DNA from: Reclinomonas americana ATCC 50394
Lineage: Eukaryota
DNA: 64,000 nt
Assembly (NCBI GenBank): GCA_048213135.1
Contig: PS015010.1
Span: forward strand, 1,116,001-1,180,000
Direction of reading: 5' to 3'
Shown here: piece after piece, positions 40,060-51,300 of the stretch
How the letters are laid out: the number at the start of each line of letters is the position of its first letter
How positions within the stretch are numbered: position 1 is the first letter of the stretch
The notes under the pieces: model-generated
Database searches by the model: none
What the model saw: only the letters and a program-made list of their open reading frames with translations
Told to the model about the DNA's origin: nothing
Made by a program: the position numbers and the translations under genes

Positions 40060-41241
40060 TTATTGTAAATTCTCGATCACCATAGCACTGGCACCACCGC
40101 CACCGTTGCAAATACCGGCAGCTCCGTACCTGGCATTGTTTTGCTTCAGTACATTAATGAGTGTTACAATGATGCGGGCTCCGCTGGCTCCCAAAGGATG
40201 ACCCAGCGAAACAGCGCCGCCATTTACATTCACTTTGGCGGGATCCAGTTTCATCCTGCGGCTGTTCTCAATACCTACCACGCTGAATGCTTCATTCAAT
40301 TCCCAGTAGCTGATGTCTTCCATCTTCAATCCTGCTTTTTCCACTGCTTTAGGAACGGCGATTGCTGGAGTGGTAGTAAACCATTCAGGGGCTTGTTCGG
40401 CATCGGCATAAGACACGATGCGGGCCAGTGGTTTCAGTCCGAGTTCCTGGGCTTTATCGGCACTCATCAGCACCAGCGCTGCAGCGCCGTCGTTCATCGT
40501 GCTGGCATTGGCTGCGGTTACGGTACCGTCTTTTACAAAAGCGCCTTTCAGTTCCGGTATCTTGTCAAACTTTACATTAAAGGGTTCTTCGTCTTTTGCG
40601 AACAGCACGGGATCGCCTTTGCGCTGGGGAATCTCAACCGGTACGATCTCGTTCTCAAAACGGCCGTCGTTAACGGCTGCCTGTGAACGTTTGTAGCTTT
40701 CAATAGCAAATGCATCCTGGTCTTCACGGCTCACACCGCAGGTGGAGGCACACATTTCAGCGGCATTACCCATGGCTTTACCATCATATACGTCGGTCAG
40801 ACCGTCCTTTGCCAATCCATCTATCAAATTGACATTGCCATATTTATTGCCCCAGCGAACCGCATCGCTGTAAAACGGCACATTGCTCATACTTTCCATA
40901 CCGCCGGCTACCACAATGTCAGCGTCACCGAGCATGATACTCTGCGCTGCCTGCGAAATGGCTTTCATGCCGCTGGCGCATACCTTATTTACGGTAGTGC
41001 AGTTCACTTCATTGGGCAGACCAGCAAATTTAGCTGCCTGGCGGGCGGGTGCCTGGCCCAGGTTGGCTTGTATTACGCAGCCCATCAGTACATCATTTAC
41101 CTGTTCGGGTTGTATACCGGCTTTGGCAATGGCGCCTTTAATGGCTGTGGCCCCTAATTGTGTTGCGGAAAAACCTTTTAAGCTGCCGCCAAAACTGCCC
41201 ATAGGCGTACGTACGGCTGAAACAATAACTACTTCTTTCAT
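40060..41241 (-). CDS. Acetyl-CoA C-acyltransferase (thiolase)
   Basis: [33 protein letters not shown] -7 element at 41264-41271. Confidence 0.95.
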   Translation of the reverse strand: MKEVVIVSAVRTPMGSFGGSLKGFSATQLGATAIKGAIAKAGIQPEQVNDVLMGCVIQANLGQAPARQAAKFAGLPNEVNCTTVNKVCASGMKAISQAAQSIMLGDADIVVAGGMESMSNVPFYSDAVRWGNKYGNVNLIDGLAKDGLTDVYDGKAMGNAAEMCASTCGVSREDQDAFAIESYKRSQAAVNDGRFENEIVPVEIPQRKGDPVLFAKDEEPFNVKFDKIPELKGAFVKDGTVTAANASTMNDGAAALVLMSADKAQELGLKPLARIVSYADAEQAPEWFTTTPAIAVPKAVEKAGLKMEDISYWELNEAFSVVGIENSRRMKLDPAKVNVNGGAVSLGHPLGASGARIIVTLINVLKQNNARYGAAGICNGGGGASAMVIENLQ

Positions 41242-41333
41242 TTGGTGCAATTCGTTTAGGGTGCAAAGGTAAGCAATTGCTTATTGATGGTTGAATATTG
41301 GATACGGATGGTTGAATATTTCAGTAATACCGG

Positions 41334-43166
41334 TTAATGCCTGTTCTGAAGGGCTGTTTCACGGTTGTCTGTCAGGCTTTTCATAAACGCGATGATCGCT
41401 TTTTTCTCTTCTTTACTGAGTTGCAGTTTATCGAAAGGCAGCGTCTGGTTACCCACATCAAGCCCCAACCCTGCCCCGCCGCCTTTTTCATAAAAATCCA
41501 CCACTTCTTCCAGTGTACGGTATATGCCATTATGCATATAAGGCGCAGTAAGCGCAATGTTTCGAACGGTAGGCGTTTTGAACGCGTTTTTGTAAGGCTC
41601 CAGTTTGTACAGGGCAAACCTGCCGGGGTCGGTATCGGGTTGTTTGCCTGCGGCTGTTAAAGGCACGCCTATCACTTCCGACTCGATCTTCCCAAAGGCG
41701 GGCGGAACGGTACCATTGAACAACGGCATAAAATGACAGGTACCGCATTTGGCTTTTCCCATGAACAGGTTGAACCCTCTTTTTTCTTCTTCCTCCAACG
41801 CTGTTTGTATGCCCTGCATGTACTGATCGAAACGGCTGTTAAGCCCGGTCAGACTGCGTATGTAACTGGCAAGTGCATTCTGAAGATGAAAGGGTGTCCA
41901 CCGGTTTTCTCCCGGCCATGCCCGATTGAGCAAAGCTGTATATGAAGTATCCGTTTCCAGTACTCTTACCATCTCATGAAGGTTACCATGCATCTCATCT
42001 TTATTGGCGATCACATCGGCTGCCTGGTTCTCGAGGCTGGTACTGCGCAGGTCATAGAACAACGAAGGTTGTAAAGCCGCATTCAGTAAAGTGGGTGCAT
42101 TGCGTTTCACAAACCCGGCTGAAAGGGCGATACTCGTGGTCAACCCATCGGTGAAACCTTTACCGGGATCGTGGCAGGTGCCGCAACTGCGGGTGTTGTT
42201 GGATGAGAGCCTGTTGTCATAAAACAATTTTTCACCCAGTTGCGCTTTGGCTATGGTAAAATAGTAACTGCTGTCCGGCGTGTAGGCGTTCACGTTAAAC
42301 GCGTCTTTGTCAAATAAGGTGGCGGTGCCCGGCCTGAGCAGGCGGTTGTCTTTTATAGGTTCGATGTTCCACCGTCGTTGCAGCCTGGCCATTTCCCGGC
42401 TGATGGGGTTAGCCAGTTGTGAAATAAAATGCAACCTGTCAAAGTCATTAAAACCGGGATGCGCCTGCAGATAATCAACAGCATTCTTCAACAAGCTATC
42501 AGCATGACCAGCTATTTCATTGCCTGCAAAAACCTGCAGCGCTTCTTTTACAGAAGCAAAAACCGCGGCGGACTCCTGTATCCCTGACTGGGCGAGGGCC
42601 GCGTCGAAACCGGAAATGCCTAGTGTTATGTTCCTGAATATCTCCAGTTGCAGCGCATCCATTACCTGGGCGCTATCGGGCTCCTGGTTGTTCCAGTAAT
42701 TTTCGTAATAAGCGGCCCTGGTATTCAGTAACCTGGTTTGCCTTACCAGTTCGGCTCTTTTGCTGGTATCGGGTTCGGGATACAACATGGCTTCTATTAC
42801 CTGCAGCCCGTCGGGTTGCACTACTTTATTTTCTTCATTCTCAATTTCGGGAAGCGGTGCGCCATTTACCATACGCGATGTGGCGGGCATAAAATATTCG
42901 GTGGCCCACTCCATCTTTTTGTATAAAATACGGGTGCGGAGAAAAGCCTGTTGCAACGCAATTTTATCGTTGCTTTTCATGGCCAGCGGGAGCAGGCTGT
43001 CGTTGACATAAGCCCGGAAAGCACCAATCTGTTGTTGTACCTTTTCTTTTATCCTGGCCGTTCCTTTGGTTGTTTCCGGGTGGCGGGTGGATTGCAAACA
43101 GCCCGGGGTGACAGCTACAACGCTTATGGTCATGAACAGGACCGTAATAAAAATATATTGTCTCAT
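41334..43166 (-). CDS. Di-haem cytochrome c peroxidase with N-terminal imelysin/EfeO-like domain, copy 2
   Basis: Two CGTCH motifs, RNAPTL, FKTPTVRNI, TAPYMHNG; TRILYKKMEWATEYF...DGLQVIEAMLY; directly downstream of the phoX-like gene. Confidence 0.85.
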   Translation of the reverse strand: MRQYIFITVLFMTISVVAVTPGCLQSTRHPETTKGTARIKEKVQQQIGAFRAYVNDSLLPLAMKSNDKIALQQAFLRTRILYKKMEWATEYFMPATSRMVNGAPLPEIENEENKVVQPDGLQVIEAMLYPEPDTSKRAELVRQTRLLNTRAAYYENYWNNQEPDSAQVMDALQLEIFRNITLGISGFDAALAQSGIQESAAVFASVKEALQVFAGNEIAGHADSLLKNAVDYLQAHPGFNDFDRLHFISQLANPISREMARLQRRWNIEPIKDNRLLRPGTATLFDKDAFNVNAYTPDSSYYFTIAKAQLGEKLFYDNRLSSNNTRSCGTCHDPGKGFTDGLTTSIALSAGFVKRNAPTLLNAALQPSLFYDLRSTSLENQAADVIANKDEMHGNLHEMVRVLETDTSYTALLNRAWPGENRWTPFHLQNALASYIRSLTGLNSRFDQYMQGIQTALEEEEKRGFNLFMGKAKCGTCHFMPLFNGTVPPAFGKIESEVIGVPLTAAGKQPDTDPGRFALYKLEPYKNAFKTPTVRNIALTAPYMHNGIYRTLEEVVDFYEKGGGAGLGLDVGNQTLPFDKLQLSKEEKKAIIAFMKSLTDNRETALQNRH

Positions 43167-43233
43167 ATCTGGTAAAACGATCACCCCCTGCAGAACAGGG
43201 GGTGGTCTTTATGAAATGTTCGGATAAGAATGA

Positions 43234-44718
43234 TTACTTCTGCACACCGCGGATGATCACGGTTTCGCCGCCTTCAATATTGGTGTTGAGACCACTGCCA
43301 TCTGCATTGGCAAATGCGGGGCTCTGCCAGGTATGCGGATGTATGTTCAGCAGGAAAGTATTGGGTACACCGATGATATTTGAGATATCATACATGGCAC
43401 CATATTCCCAGCTGCCTTTTTTCATTTCACCAACAGTGTTGAATTTCGCATTCCAGGTGGCGTCGTCACGTTTATGATTCATGGTCAGCCAGGGTTTGTA
43501 TTGTTTACTGGCAATGTTCAGCTGCCAGATATACGAATCGTGTTTGGCAGCGGGATAATAAGAATCACCGTCTTCCTGGATGTACACGAAGTTTTCGGTT
43601 ACGCAAAGATTATCAGGGTTGATGAGGTTATTGCCAGGGTCGCTGTCACCTTCCGCTACCAGTTCCAGTTTACCTTTTGTAGGATCCGCGGCGTCCAGTA
43701 CCAGTTTGTATACACGTCCCCACATGGTGTAACCCGGTTCAGGCGTGGTTCCGCCGTTGGCCTGACCAGTAGCGGTGAAATAGATCTCACGGCTGTTGGC
43801 GCCACCGCCTTTGCGGTAATCCACGTCTTCTACCCTGCTGAAACGGATCGCACCCAGGCCGTTCACGATGGTATTGATCTCAGCGCCTGTTTTATTACGG
43901 ATGTTCGGCAGTTTTACAAATTCAACATCATAGGTTGTTCCTTTGGTAATGTCGGTTTCCACCTGGTTGCCATTGGTTCTTTTTAAAGCATAGAGTTCAC
44001 CGGTTTGCAGGTCGCCCACTACATTATTCATGTACATCATTAACTGGCCCGCGCTGGCATGTGTTGTTGCATAAGACTGGTCTTCACCGATCAGCACCAG
44101 CGTTTTACCGGGATAAGCGTCTTTCGGCAGCGGTACGGCGTTTTCCATATTGGCCTTACCCAATGCGGGCAGTACACGATCGCTTCTTTTACGGTCGCTT
44201 ACCAGTGCATAAGGACTGATGCCGTGAACCATGCTCTCCTGGCTGGTTTCACCGGCGGTCAGGAAGATGGGGCCAAAACCGTGTTCCTCGGGTGTAGCCA
44301 TAGTGGCTGAACATAAACGGGTAACACCTCCTTCTTTATCTACAATATATTCTCCTTTATAAGGTTTGAATGTTTCATCCAGGAAAACACGTGACACAGA
44401 GAAGAGTATCTCGTGGTTATTGATGAGGATGTAGCCTTTACCTGACGGATCTTTGATGAGCCCGGCGCCATCGGGTTGCGCACCGTATATAAAAGAAGGT
44501 GTTTCTGCCAGTTTATCCTCACTGCTGATCAGGGAAAAGATCTCCAGGCCTTCAAAACCCGTCATGGGTGTTACAAGGCTGGGTGTTACGGAACGTTGTT
44601 TGAGCTCAACTTTTGAGGTCTCACCCCCGTCGGGTGTGTCAGACTTATTACAGGAAATAGAGAGAGCAGTGACTGCGAAGGCAAAGCAGGCCATTGCAGC
44701 AGGATAGAAACGCTTCAT
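43234..44718 (-). CDS. phoX: PhoX-like (DUF839) alkaline phosphatase lipoprotein
   Basis: Lipobox SISC; PDGA, NHE, RLCSAT, MENAV, RVED, NPDNL, IQEDG, WEYG, NIHPH. Confidence 0.7.
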   Translation of the reverse strand: MKRFYPAAMACFAFAVTALSISCNKSDTPDGGETSKVELKQRSVTPSLVTPMTGFEGLEIFSLISSEDKLAETPSFIYGAQPDGAGLIKDPSGKGYILINNHEILFSVSRVFLDETFKPYKGEYIVDKEGGVTRLCSATMATPEEHGFGPIFLTAGETSQESMVHGISPYALVSDRKRSDRVLPALGKANMENAVPLPKDAYPGKTLVLIGEDQSYATTHASAGQLMMYMNNVVGDLQTGELYALKRTNGNQVETDITKGTTYDVEFVKLPNIRNKTGAEINTIVNGLGAIRFSRVEDVDYRKGGGANSREIYFTATGQANGGTTPEPGYTMWGRVYKLVLDAADPTKGKLELVAEGDSDPGNNLINPDNLCVTENFVYIQEDGDSYYPAAKHDSYIWQLNIASKQYKPWLTMNHKRDDATWNAKFNTVGEMKKGSWEYGAMYDISNIIGVPNTFLLNIHPHTWQSPAFANADGSGLNTNIEGGETVIIRGVQK

Positions 44719-44751
44719 GATTGGTTAGATTTTAGACCGCAATATCTATCC

Positions 44752-44806
44752 CTAACATTACCAGAAGGTTATGGCAATACTAACAGAAGATGAAGAAATC
44801 ATTAAC
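44752..44806 (-). promoter_or_regulatory. Five 11-bp-periodic units resembling pho boxes upstream of the phoX-like gene
   Basis: Minus strand: GTTAATGATTT|CTTCATCTTCT|GTTAGTATTGC|CATAACCTTCT|GGTAATGTTAG. Confidence 0.5.
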
Positions 44807-44902
44807 CCGGGAAAACAAATAAGCCAGGGTAAAAACCCCGGCCGTTACAATTCCGTACCTATGAAAACTGGTTTTATATACGATATTTCTGTACAACCGG
44901 TT

Positions 44903-45997
44903 TTACCAGTCTTCATCAAAATGATTATTAAAATTAGCGCTGCGTTTTACGGGATGCCATATGGTACTCAAAATCCGCACATATGTATGACCTTCCTTAT
45001 CCGGCTTATCCCTTTCAAGATAAACGGAGGGCTTCTTTCCGTTACTGTTCGGTACATAAAAAATGTACATACTCCTGCCCAGGTAGGAAGATGAAGTATA
45101 AACATACGAAGGGCCGAGTGCTGATTTCACAATGGAAAGAGCTCCTGGCAAGGAACTGTCCGCAGGTGAATTTTTACCGGGAATGCCGATGGAAACACTG
45201 TAATTAGAACCTCTCCTGTTGCGGATTAAGGTGATGCCATCGATCACAGCCGTATCTGTCCTTTTGCGCCTGTTTTTTAAAAAAGAACTATCCGCTGTTA
45301 CCCGGAACAGGTTTGTAAAATCATTCGGGGCATCTTTCCATACCTGGTGGATGACTTTCGACATAACGGGATCCGGGCTTTTTGTATCTGGAGGAATAAA
45401 ATAGTTGTAATTGGGAATGCGGCCATATATTTTCAGCAGGATGAAAAACTCTTTAGGGCCATTGTCCTGCTTCCCGGGTAAAAGGTATACGGATGAGGAT
45501 GAACTGACCATGATCTCCATATTTGGGCTGAAAAAACCGTTTGCGTCTCTTACCGACAGGCTGAATGAAGTATAGTAAAGACTAAATAATTTGTTGATAC
45601 TTGCATCTTCATACAACTGGTCGCCAAGCGCTTTTCTTATTTTACTGACCAGGCCCTTCACTCCTTTTTTCAGGCTTTGTGTATCCGGGTAACCCCTGAA
45701 TTCTATGTAGGCATTCCTGTCGTAGTTGCGTTCCCTGACAATAGCAGCTGCACTCCCGGGAAAATTAAAAATCAACCGGTGTTCCAGCTCCTGCAATACG
45801 GTGTACTGCAGTGAGTCGCCTTTGCAATTTTTGAAATAATCAGCGGCGCAATGAAGGGTATTCACCAACGCCTGTGAAAAAGCATCCTTGTTCCTGGCAA
45901 CGGGATGGTATTCCTGTGCGGCAATACGAAAACCGCAACAGCACAACAATAGCATTATGCCTGGCCGGCTGATAAACATGGTCTCCTGTTTTATCAA
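44903..45997 (-). CDS. Hypothetical secreted protein
   Basis: 364-aa ORF with signal-like N-terminus; no family recognised; start uncertain. Confidence 0.65.
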   Translation of the reverse strand: MIKQETMFISRPGIMLLLCCCGFRIAAQEYHPVARNKDAFSQALVNTLHCAADYFKNCKGDSLQYTVLQELEHRLIFNFPGSAAAIVRERNYDRNAYIEFRGYPDTQSLKKGVKGLVSKIRKALGDQLYEDASINKLFSLYYTSFSLSVRDANGFFSPNMEIMVSSSSSVYLLPGKQDNGPKEFFILLKIYGRIPNYNYFIPPDTKSPDPVMSKVIHQVWKDAPNDFTNLFRVTADSSFLKNRRKRTDTAVIDGITLIRNRRGSNYSVSIGIPGKNSPADSSLPGALSIVKSALGPSYVYTSSSYLGRSMYIFYVPNSNGKKPSVYLERDKPDKEGHTYVRILSTIWHPVKRSANFNNHFDEDW

Positions 45998-46090
45998 TTT
46001 TACCGATTGTATCCAAATGAGAAAATACCCGGCAGACGGTATTTTTGATGCCAGGCGGCAGTTTACTTTTGTTACTGAAAATAACAGGTT

Positions 46091-46543
46091 ATGAAGCGTT
46101 TCCTTTTTATCTGCTTTTGCATTTATTCATCGGCAAAGGCGCAACAGGCCGATTCATTGAAGGTAGTAACGGCCTTCCGGGAGTTACTGCAGATTTGCCG
46201 GACGGTTGATTTCAATGATCCGAGAGTAAGAACAGAAGGCACGTTCTATAAGGCAGCGCCGTACATCGTTTATCGCGGAGCGGATAAAAAACGCAACTGG
46301 AAATCGATGGCCAACTATACCAATGCGGAGGAGAAAAAAGGTGTGGATGAGGTTTGTTACCGGATCAATGCTTCGGTGAACCGCGACAGTAACTATCATA
46401 TCATTAAGTACGAAACGCACAAAGAGTCCGAAGGCTTGTGGCATGTGCTTGTGGTCTCCTACCTGAAAAAAGGCGCACAGAAAGAGGCCATTTTCGCTTT
46501 CCTTAAAATAGGCGGCCGTTATGGCCTTGGCGATATTGACTAA
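46091..46543 (+). CDS. Hypothetical secreted protein
   Basis: Signal peptide MKRFLFICFC...AKAQ; ends AFLKIGGRYGLGDID. Confidence 0.7.
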   Translation: MKRFLFICFCIYSSAKAQQADSLKVVTAFRELLQICRTVDFNDPRVRTEGTFYKAAPYIVYRGADKKRNWKSMANYTNAEEKKGVDEVCYRINASVNRDSNYHIIKYETHKESEGLWHVLVVSYLKKGAQKEAIFAFLKIGGRYGLGDID

Positions 46544-46559
46544 CCGGCAATACATAAAG

Positions 46560-46586
46560 AGGGACAGGTTGCAAGCCTGTCCCTTT
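46560..46586. terminator. Bidirectional terminator between convergent genes
   Basis: AGGGACAGG/CCTGTCCCT stem. Confidence 0.65.
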
Positions 46587-46613
46587 ACTGATGTTAGAGT
46601 CGGGGATAATGAC

Positions 46614-47357
46614 CTATTGGGCCTGCTGTGAACCAGCTACCTCGTACAATAACTTATTATTTTCCATCACTTCCTGGTAATAAACACCGTCGGGCGACAT
46701 GTAATATTTCTGCTGGTTGATCACCACCGGTTTACTGTCGGGCGGCAGTTGCTCAAACCTGCTGCCGGTAAGCGGTACAGGGTTATCATCCACAGGCTGC
46801 GTACCATTATCTTCGTCATAGGTGTTCAGCACACCGTCTGTACCCACTACACGATAGGAGTTCCTGTCTTCCTGCTGGTAAAAGGTACCGCCCAGTTCAT
46901 AGTATTGCTCTCCGTTTATAGTGGTTGATTTGGCACCCGGGGGTAACACACTAACGGTAGCGCCTAAAGGCGGAGCCACCACTTCATAACCACCGGAGCT
47001 GTAATTGCGGTAGTATACACCCTGGTTATAGAAATAAGGCACAGAGCCCACCACTACACGGGTGTAGCCAAAAGGCAATACACTGAGGCGGAAGCCAAAA
47101 CTGGGACCATAGTGTACATAACGCGGCATACGGTAAATGGGCCTGTACACCGGGCGCACATACACGGGCCTTGGCCGGTAATAGTTGTAACGGTAAGCCG
47201 GGTAATGAGGACGGGCATAATAATTATTATGGTACCTCGGTGAATAAGAGTACCGCTGGTGCTGGTAACGTCCACGCTGGGCAAAACTGCTGATGCCTGC
47301 CAGCAGCAAGATACCGGTTACCACGGCGATACGAAAATATGTTCTCGGACTTTTCAT
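46614..47357 (-). CDS. DUF6515-like secreted protein with Tyr/Arg/Pro-rich N-terminus
   Basis: LPFGY...YFYNQGVYY...YEVVAPPLGATVSVLPPG repeated units. Confidence 0.75.
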   Translation of the reverse strand: MKSPRTYFRIAVVTGILLLAGISSFAQRGRYQHQRYSYSPRYHNNYYARPHYPAYRYNYYRPRPVYVRPVYRPIYRMPRYVHYGPSFGFRLSVLPFGYTRVVVGSVPYFYNQGVYYRNYSSGGYEVVAPPLGATVSVLPPGAKSTTINGEQYYELGGTFYQQEDRNSYRVVGTDGVLNTYDEDNGTQPVDDNPVPLTGSRFEQLPPDSKPVVINQQKYYMSPDGVYYQEVMENNKLLYEVAGSQQAQ

Positions 47358-47482
47358 TGTTTGTGATTTATGCTTGTTATATAAATTTACGTAATAGTCG
47401 ATTCGAATGTTACAACAGGAAGGGTTTTAACATATGTGAAAAAAACGGCATCGTACCCTGCGGTACAATGCCGTTTAACTGG

Positions 47483-47872
47483 TTACCAGTTCCTTCCGGG
47501 ACGGTAGTCTCCATATTTATTTTTCCTGTCATTGAATTTGGCCCAAACCTGTTTGATCTCCATTTTGCGCTGATCATCCAGGGCGCATAACTGGGCTTCC
47601 TTCTGGCGGCGGCTCATAAAGAACCTGTTTTTCACCACCTGCATCTTACGGTCGTATTCGCGGTTGATATCGGCAATTTCCATATCCCTGTCCCTGGCAC
47701 TAAAGTAATAAGCGCCTTTGCCGTATTTATCTCCCTTGTTGTCATTCCAGCCGGTGTTGCGGCCGTTGCCATTACCGTTACCATTGTTGCCATAGTCTTT
47801 AGAACCATATTGAGCGAACGCGGCACCTGAAATCAGAATGGCGGTTAAAACGAGTGTAAACATCTTTTTCAT
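47483..47872 (-). CDS. Hypothetical secreted protein (Gly/Asn-rich, helical C-terminus)
   Basis: Signal peptide MKKMFTL...AFAQ; hairpin downstream at about 47444-47477. Confidence 0.7.
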   Translation of the reverse strand: MKKMFTLVLTAILISGAAFAQYGSKDYGNNGNGNGNGRNTGWNDNKGDKYGKGAYYFSARDRDMEIADINREYDRKMQVVKNRFFMSRRQKEAQLCALDDQRKMEIKQVWAKFNDRKNKYGDYRPGRNW

Positions 47873-48312
47873 AATTGTAAAATTTAATTGTTACTAATGC
47901 TTATAAGATGCGAATTGAGTGCCGTCGTTTACAAAAGAAATGTTAACTGTAAAAAAGGGATCAAAACGTTAGGAGTTCATTTGATATACGAATGATAAAT
48001 AATTGCTGGTGCATAACGATGAAAACGGCTGTGCATAAACCTGTACGCCGCCTGGTAAATAATGATTGGCTTTAGTGAGTTCTGTTTCTTCCCTTAATGA
48101 TAATGTGATGAACGGTAGTCAACCCGTTTGGCTGGCAGCAAGTAATTGCATAATATTACAAAGTACAACCGCTGCAGAAACTGCTTAAGAAGCCCTGACC
48201 AGGTTATGCCTGACATAACACGAATGAAACGCCCGTTTCTGGATGCCGCATTGTATGCTTCCCGCTCCCGCTGAATTCCCTTTTTTTTAGATAACCCAAA
48301 TACAAACCAACA

Positions 48313-51300
48313 ATGATGAGAAAATTGTATGCCTCAGTCGTCTTTGTGATGGCACTGTTGTGCATGCATGGTTTGCAGGCCCAGAATAAGAAGGCCGGCA
48401 ATGACCCCACCTTATCCGACGTCAGAAAAAACGCGGTCCGGCTTCAACTCAGCGCTTACGATGCTGAGAACGCCGTGGTGAGCCATGCATTCACAGACGA
48501 CAAAACAAACATCCGGTACATTTACCTGCAGCAGACCTGGCAGCAGGTGAAAGTTTTCAACAGCATTAAATCGGTTGCCCTGCGCAATGGCGATGTGTTG
48601 TATTCGGCAGGAAATTTTGTGCCGGATATCGCCTCCCGTTCCCTGCCGGCTACCCCTTCCCTTAGTGCGGAAGCCGCGGTTAGCCGTGCAGCCGGTTACC
48701 TTAAATTGCCTGCACCTTCGGGCCTGCAGTCTGTGGAAAACAAATTCGCCGCGGAGAAGAAAATGATTTTCACGCCTGCGGGTATTGCCAAACAAAACAT
48801 CGAAGCTGAACTCGTATGGGTGGCTTCGGAAGATGGCAAATCGGTTAAACTCGCCTGGAACATCAATATTGATGTATTACAGTCATCCGACTGGTGGAAC
48901 ATCCGTGTGGATGCCGCCACCGGTGAGTTCATCGAGAAAGACAACCTCACCATTCATGAAAGTACTGCGCTCACCAGCGATGCGGCGCCGGGTTATCTTT
49001 TTAATGAAGCACCGGCTTTCTTTCCGGGCGCTTTCTCAACGGCAAAACAGGTAACTGCCTTTTCTCCGCCAACGGTAACATCTGCGGGATACTATATTTC
49101 CCCGATGCCTGCCGAAAGTCCCCGTCATACGCCTTCCATGACACTGGTAAATGAACCCTGGCTGAGAGCTGGTGCCGGCAACAATGCCATTACCAATGGC
49201 TGGCATTTTGATGGTACAACCAATTACGATATTACGCGTGGTAATAATGTGCACGCTTATCTCGATATCGCCAATACCGGTAATCCCTCATCGCCTGGTA
49301 ATATACCAGCGACATCAACAACAGCTATCCCTTCCCTTTCATTCAATTTTGTTCCCAACTTTACACAGGCTCCTACTACGGCGCTCAACCGCCAGGCTGC
49401 GGTAACCAACCTGTTCTACTGGAACAACACAATTCACGATGTGCTGTATCAATACGGTTTCAATGAGGTGTCGGGCAACTTCCAGACAGACAACCTGGGA
49501 AGAGGCGGCCTCGGTAATGATTATGTACAGGCCGAAGCACAGGATGCATCGGGTACAGACAATGCCAACTTCTCCACACCGGCAGATGGTGGTCGTCCGC
49601 GTATGCAGATGTACCTTTTTGCAGGTGTGCCTACTTTCACCGTGAATGCCCCGGGTAATGTTGCCGGTAATTATTTCGCTTCTGAAAGTGGGTTCAGTAC
49701 TAATAATAAACTGGCCAATGTTGGTCCGCGTACCGGCCCTGTAGTTTGGTACAATGACGACGGATCGGCCTCTCCCACTCACTATGCCTGTAACGGATCC
49801 ACCCCGGGTTCTCTCACCGGTAAGATCGCCATGATCATCCGTGGTGGTGGTTGTGCGGGCGGTTTCGTGGAAAAAGTAAAGAATGCACAAACTAATGGCG
49901 CCATCGCTGTGATTATGGTGAACAACGTAGCGGGTTTCCCCATCACCATGGGCGGTACCGACAACACGATCACCATACCCGCAGTTATGATCTCACAGGC
50001 CGATGGTAACCTCATTGCCGCCGAGATCGCCAACGGTTTGAATGTAACACTCACCGCGGGTCTTAACCTCGACGGTGATATGGACAATGGTATCGTTACC
50101 CATGAATATGGTCATGGTGTTTCGAATCGCCTTACTGGTGGTGCACCCAACAGCGGCTGTCTTAACAATGCCGAACAGGGCGGCGAAGGCTGGAGTGATT
50201 ATATCGCTCTTATGCTGACGACCAACTGGGCTACAGCACAACTGACCGACGGTCCGCTGGCACGTCCTATGGGTGTTTATGCATTGGGTCAGCCGCTCAA
50301 CGGCACTGGTATCCGCACTTATCCATACAGTACCAATATGACCATCAACCCGCACACGTATGCGAATGTGGCTAACCCTACTTATGCTGGCGAAGTGCAT
50401 TATATTGGTGAGATATGGACCTCAGCGGTATGGGATATGACCTGGAATATCATCCAGCAGGAAGGTTCCATCAACCCGAATATATATGACGGAGGCGCTA
50501 CCGGTGGTAACTCCATTGCGCTTAAACTGGTGATGGAAGGTATGCGCCTGCAAACCTGCCGCCCCGGTTTCCTGGATGCGAGGAATGCCATACTTGCGGC
50601 AGACTCCATTCTTTATAATAACCGTCACAAATGCGCCATCTGGAAAGCCTTTGCCCGCAGGGGTATGGGTTACAGCGCTGTGCAGGGACTGTCAACCAGC
50701 ACCAATGACCAGACAGCCGCTTTCGATGTGCCTTCACAGGTAACATTGAATAAGATGGCTGCCCCGCTCACGGTTGTACAGGGCGAACAGGTAAAAGTGA
50801 ACCTTACCGCTACCTGCGAATGCCAGGTGAACACCGGTTATACGCTTCGTGATACCATACCTGCCGGCTTCACTTATGTGAGCAGCACGGGTGGTACACT
50901 TGCCGGTAATGTGGTGACTTTCGCCAACCTGAACTTCAACGCCGAACAGGAAACGAAGAATTTCCAGGTTACCCTGCAGCCTAACGTTGCCGGTTGTGCA
51001 ATAACAACACCCATCAACGACAACCGCGATGGCAGCACCACCGGTGGTCTTACTTCCGTGATCGCTACAGGTACTACCAACTGGGTAACCAGCACGGCAC
51101 GTTCTTCAAGCCCCACTACATCGTGGTTCGCAGCTAGCAACAATATCACCAGGGATTACAGCCTCACTTCTTCCGCGTTCACTGCAGGAGCTTTGTCTGT
51201 TTTCTCGTTCAAACATTATTTCATTACCAAGAATGGGTTTGACGGTGGTCGCGTAGAATATACTACAGACAATGGTGCCAACTGGAACGATGCCGGAAGG

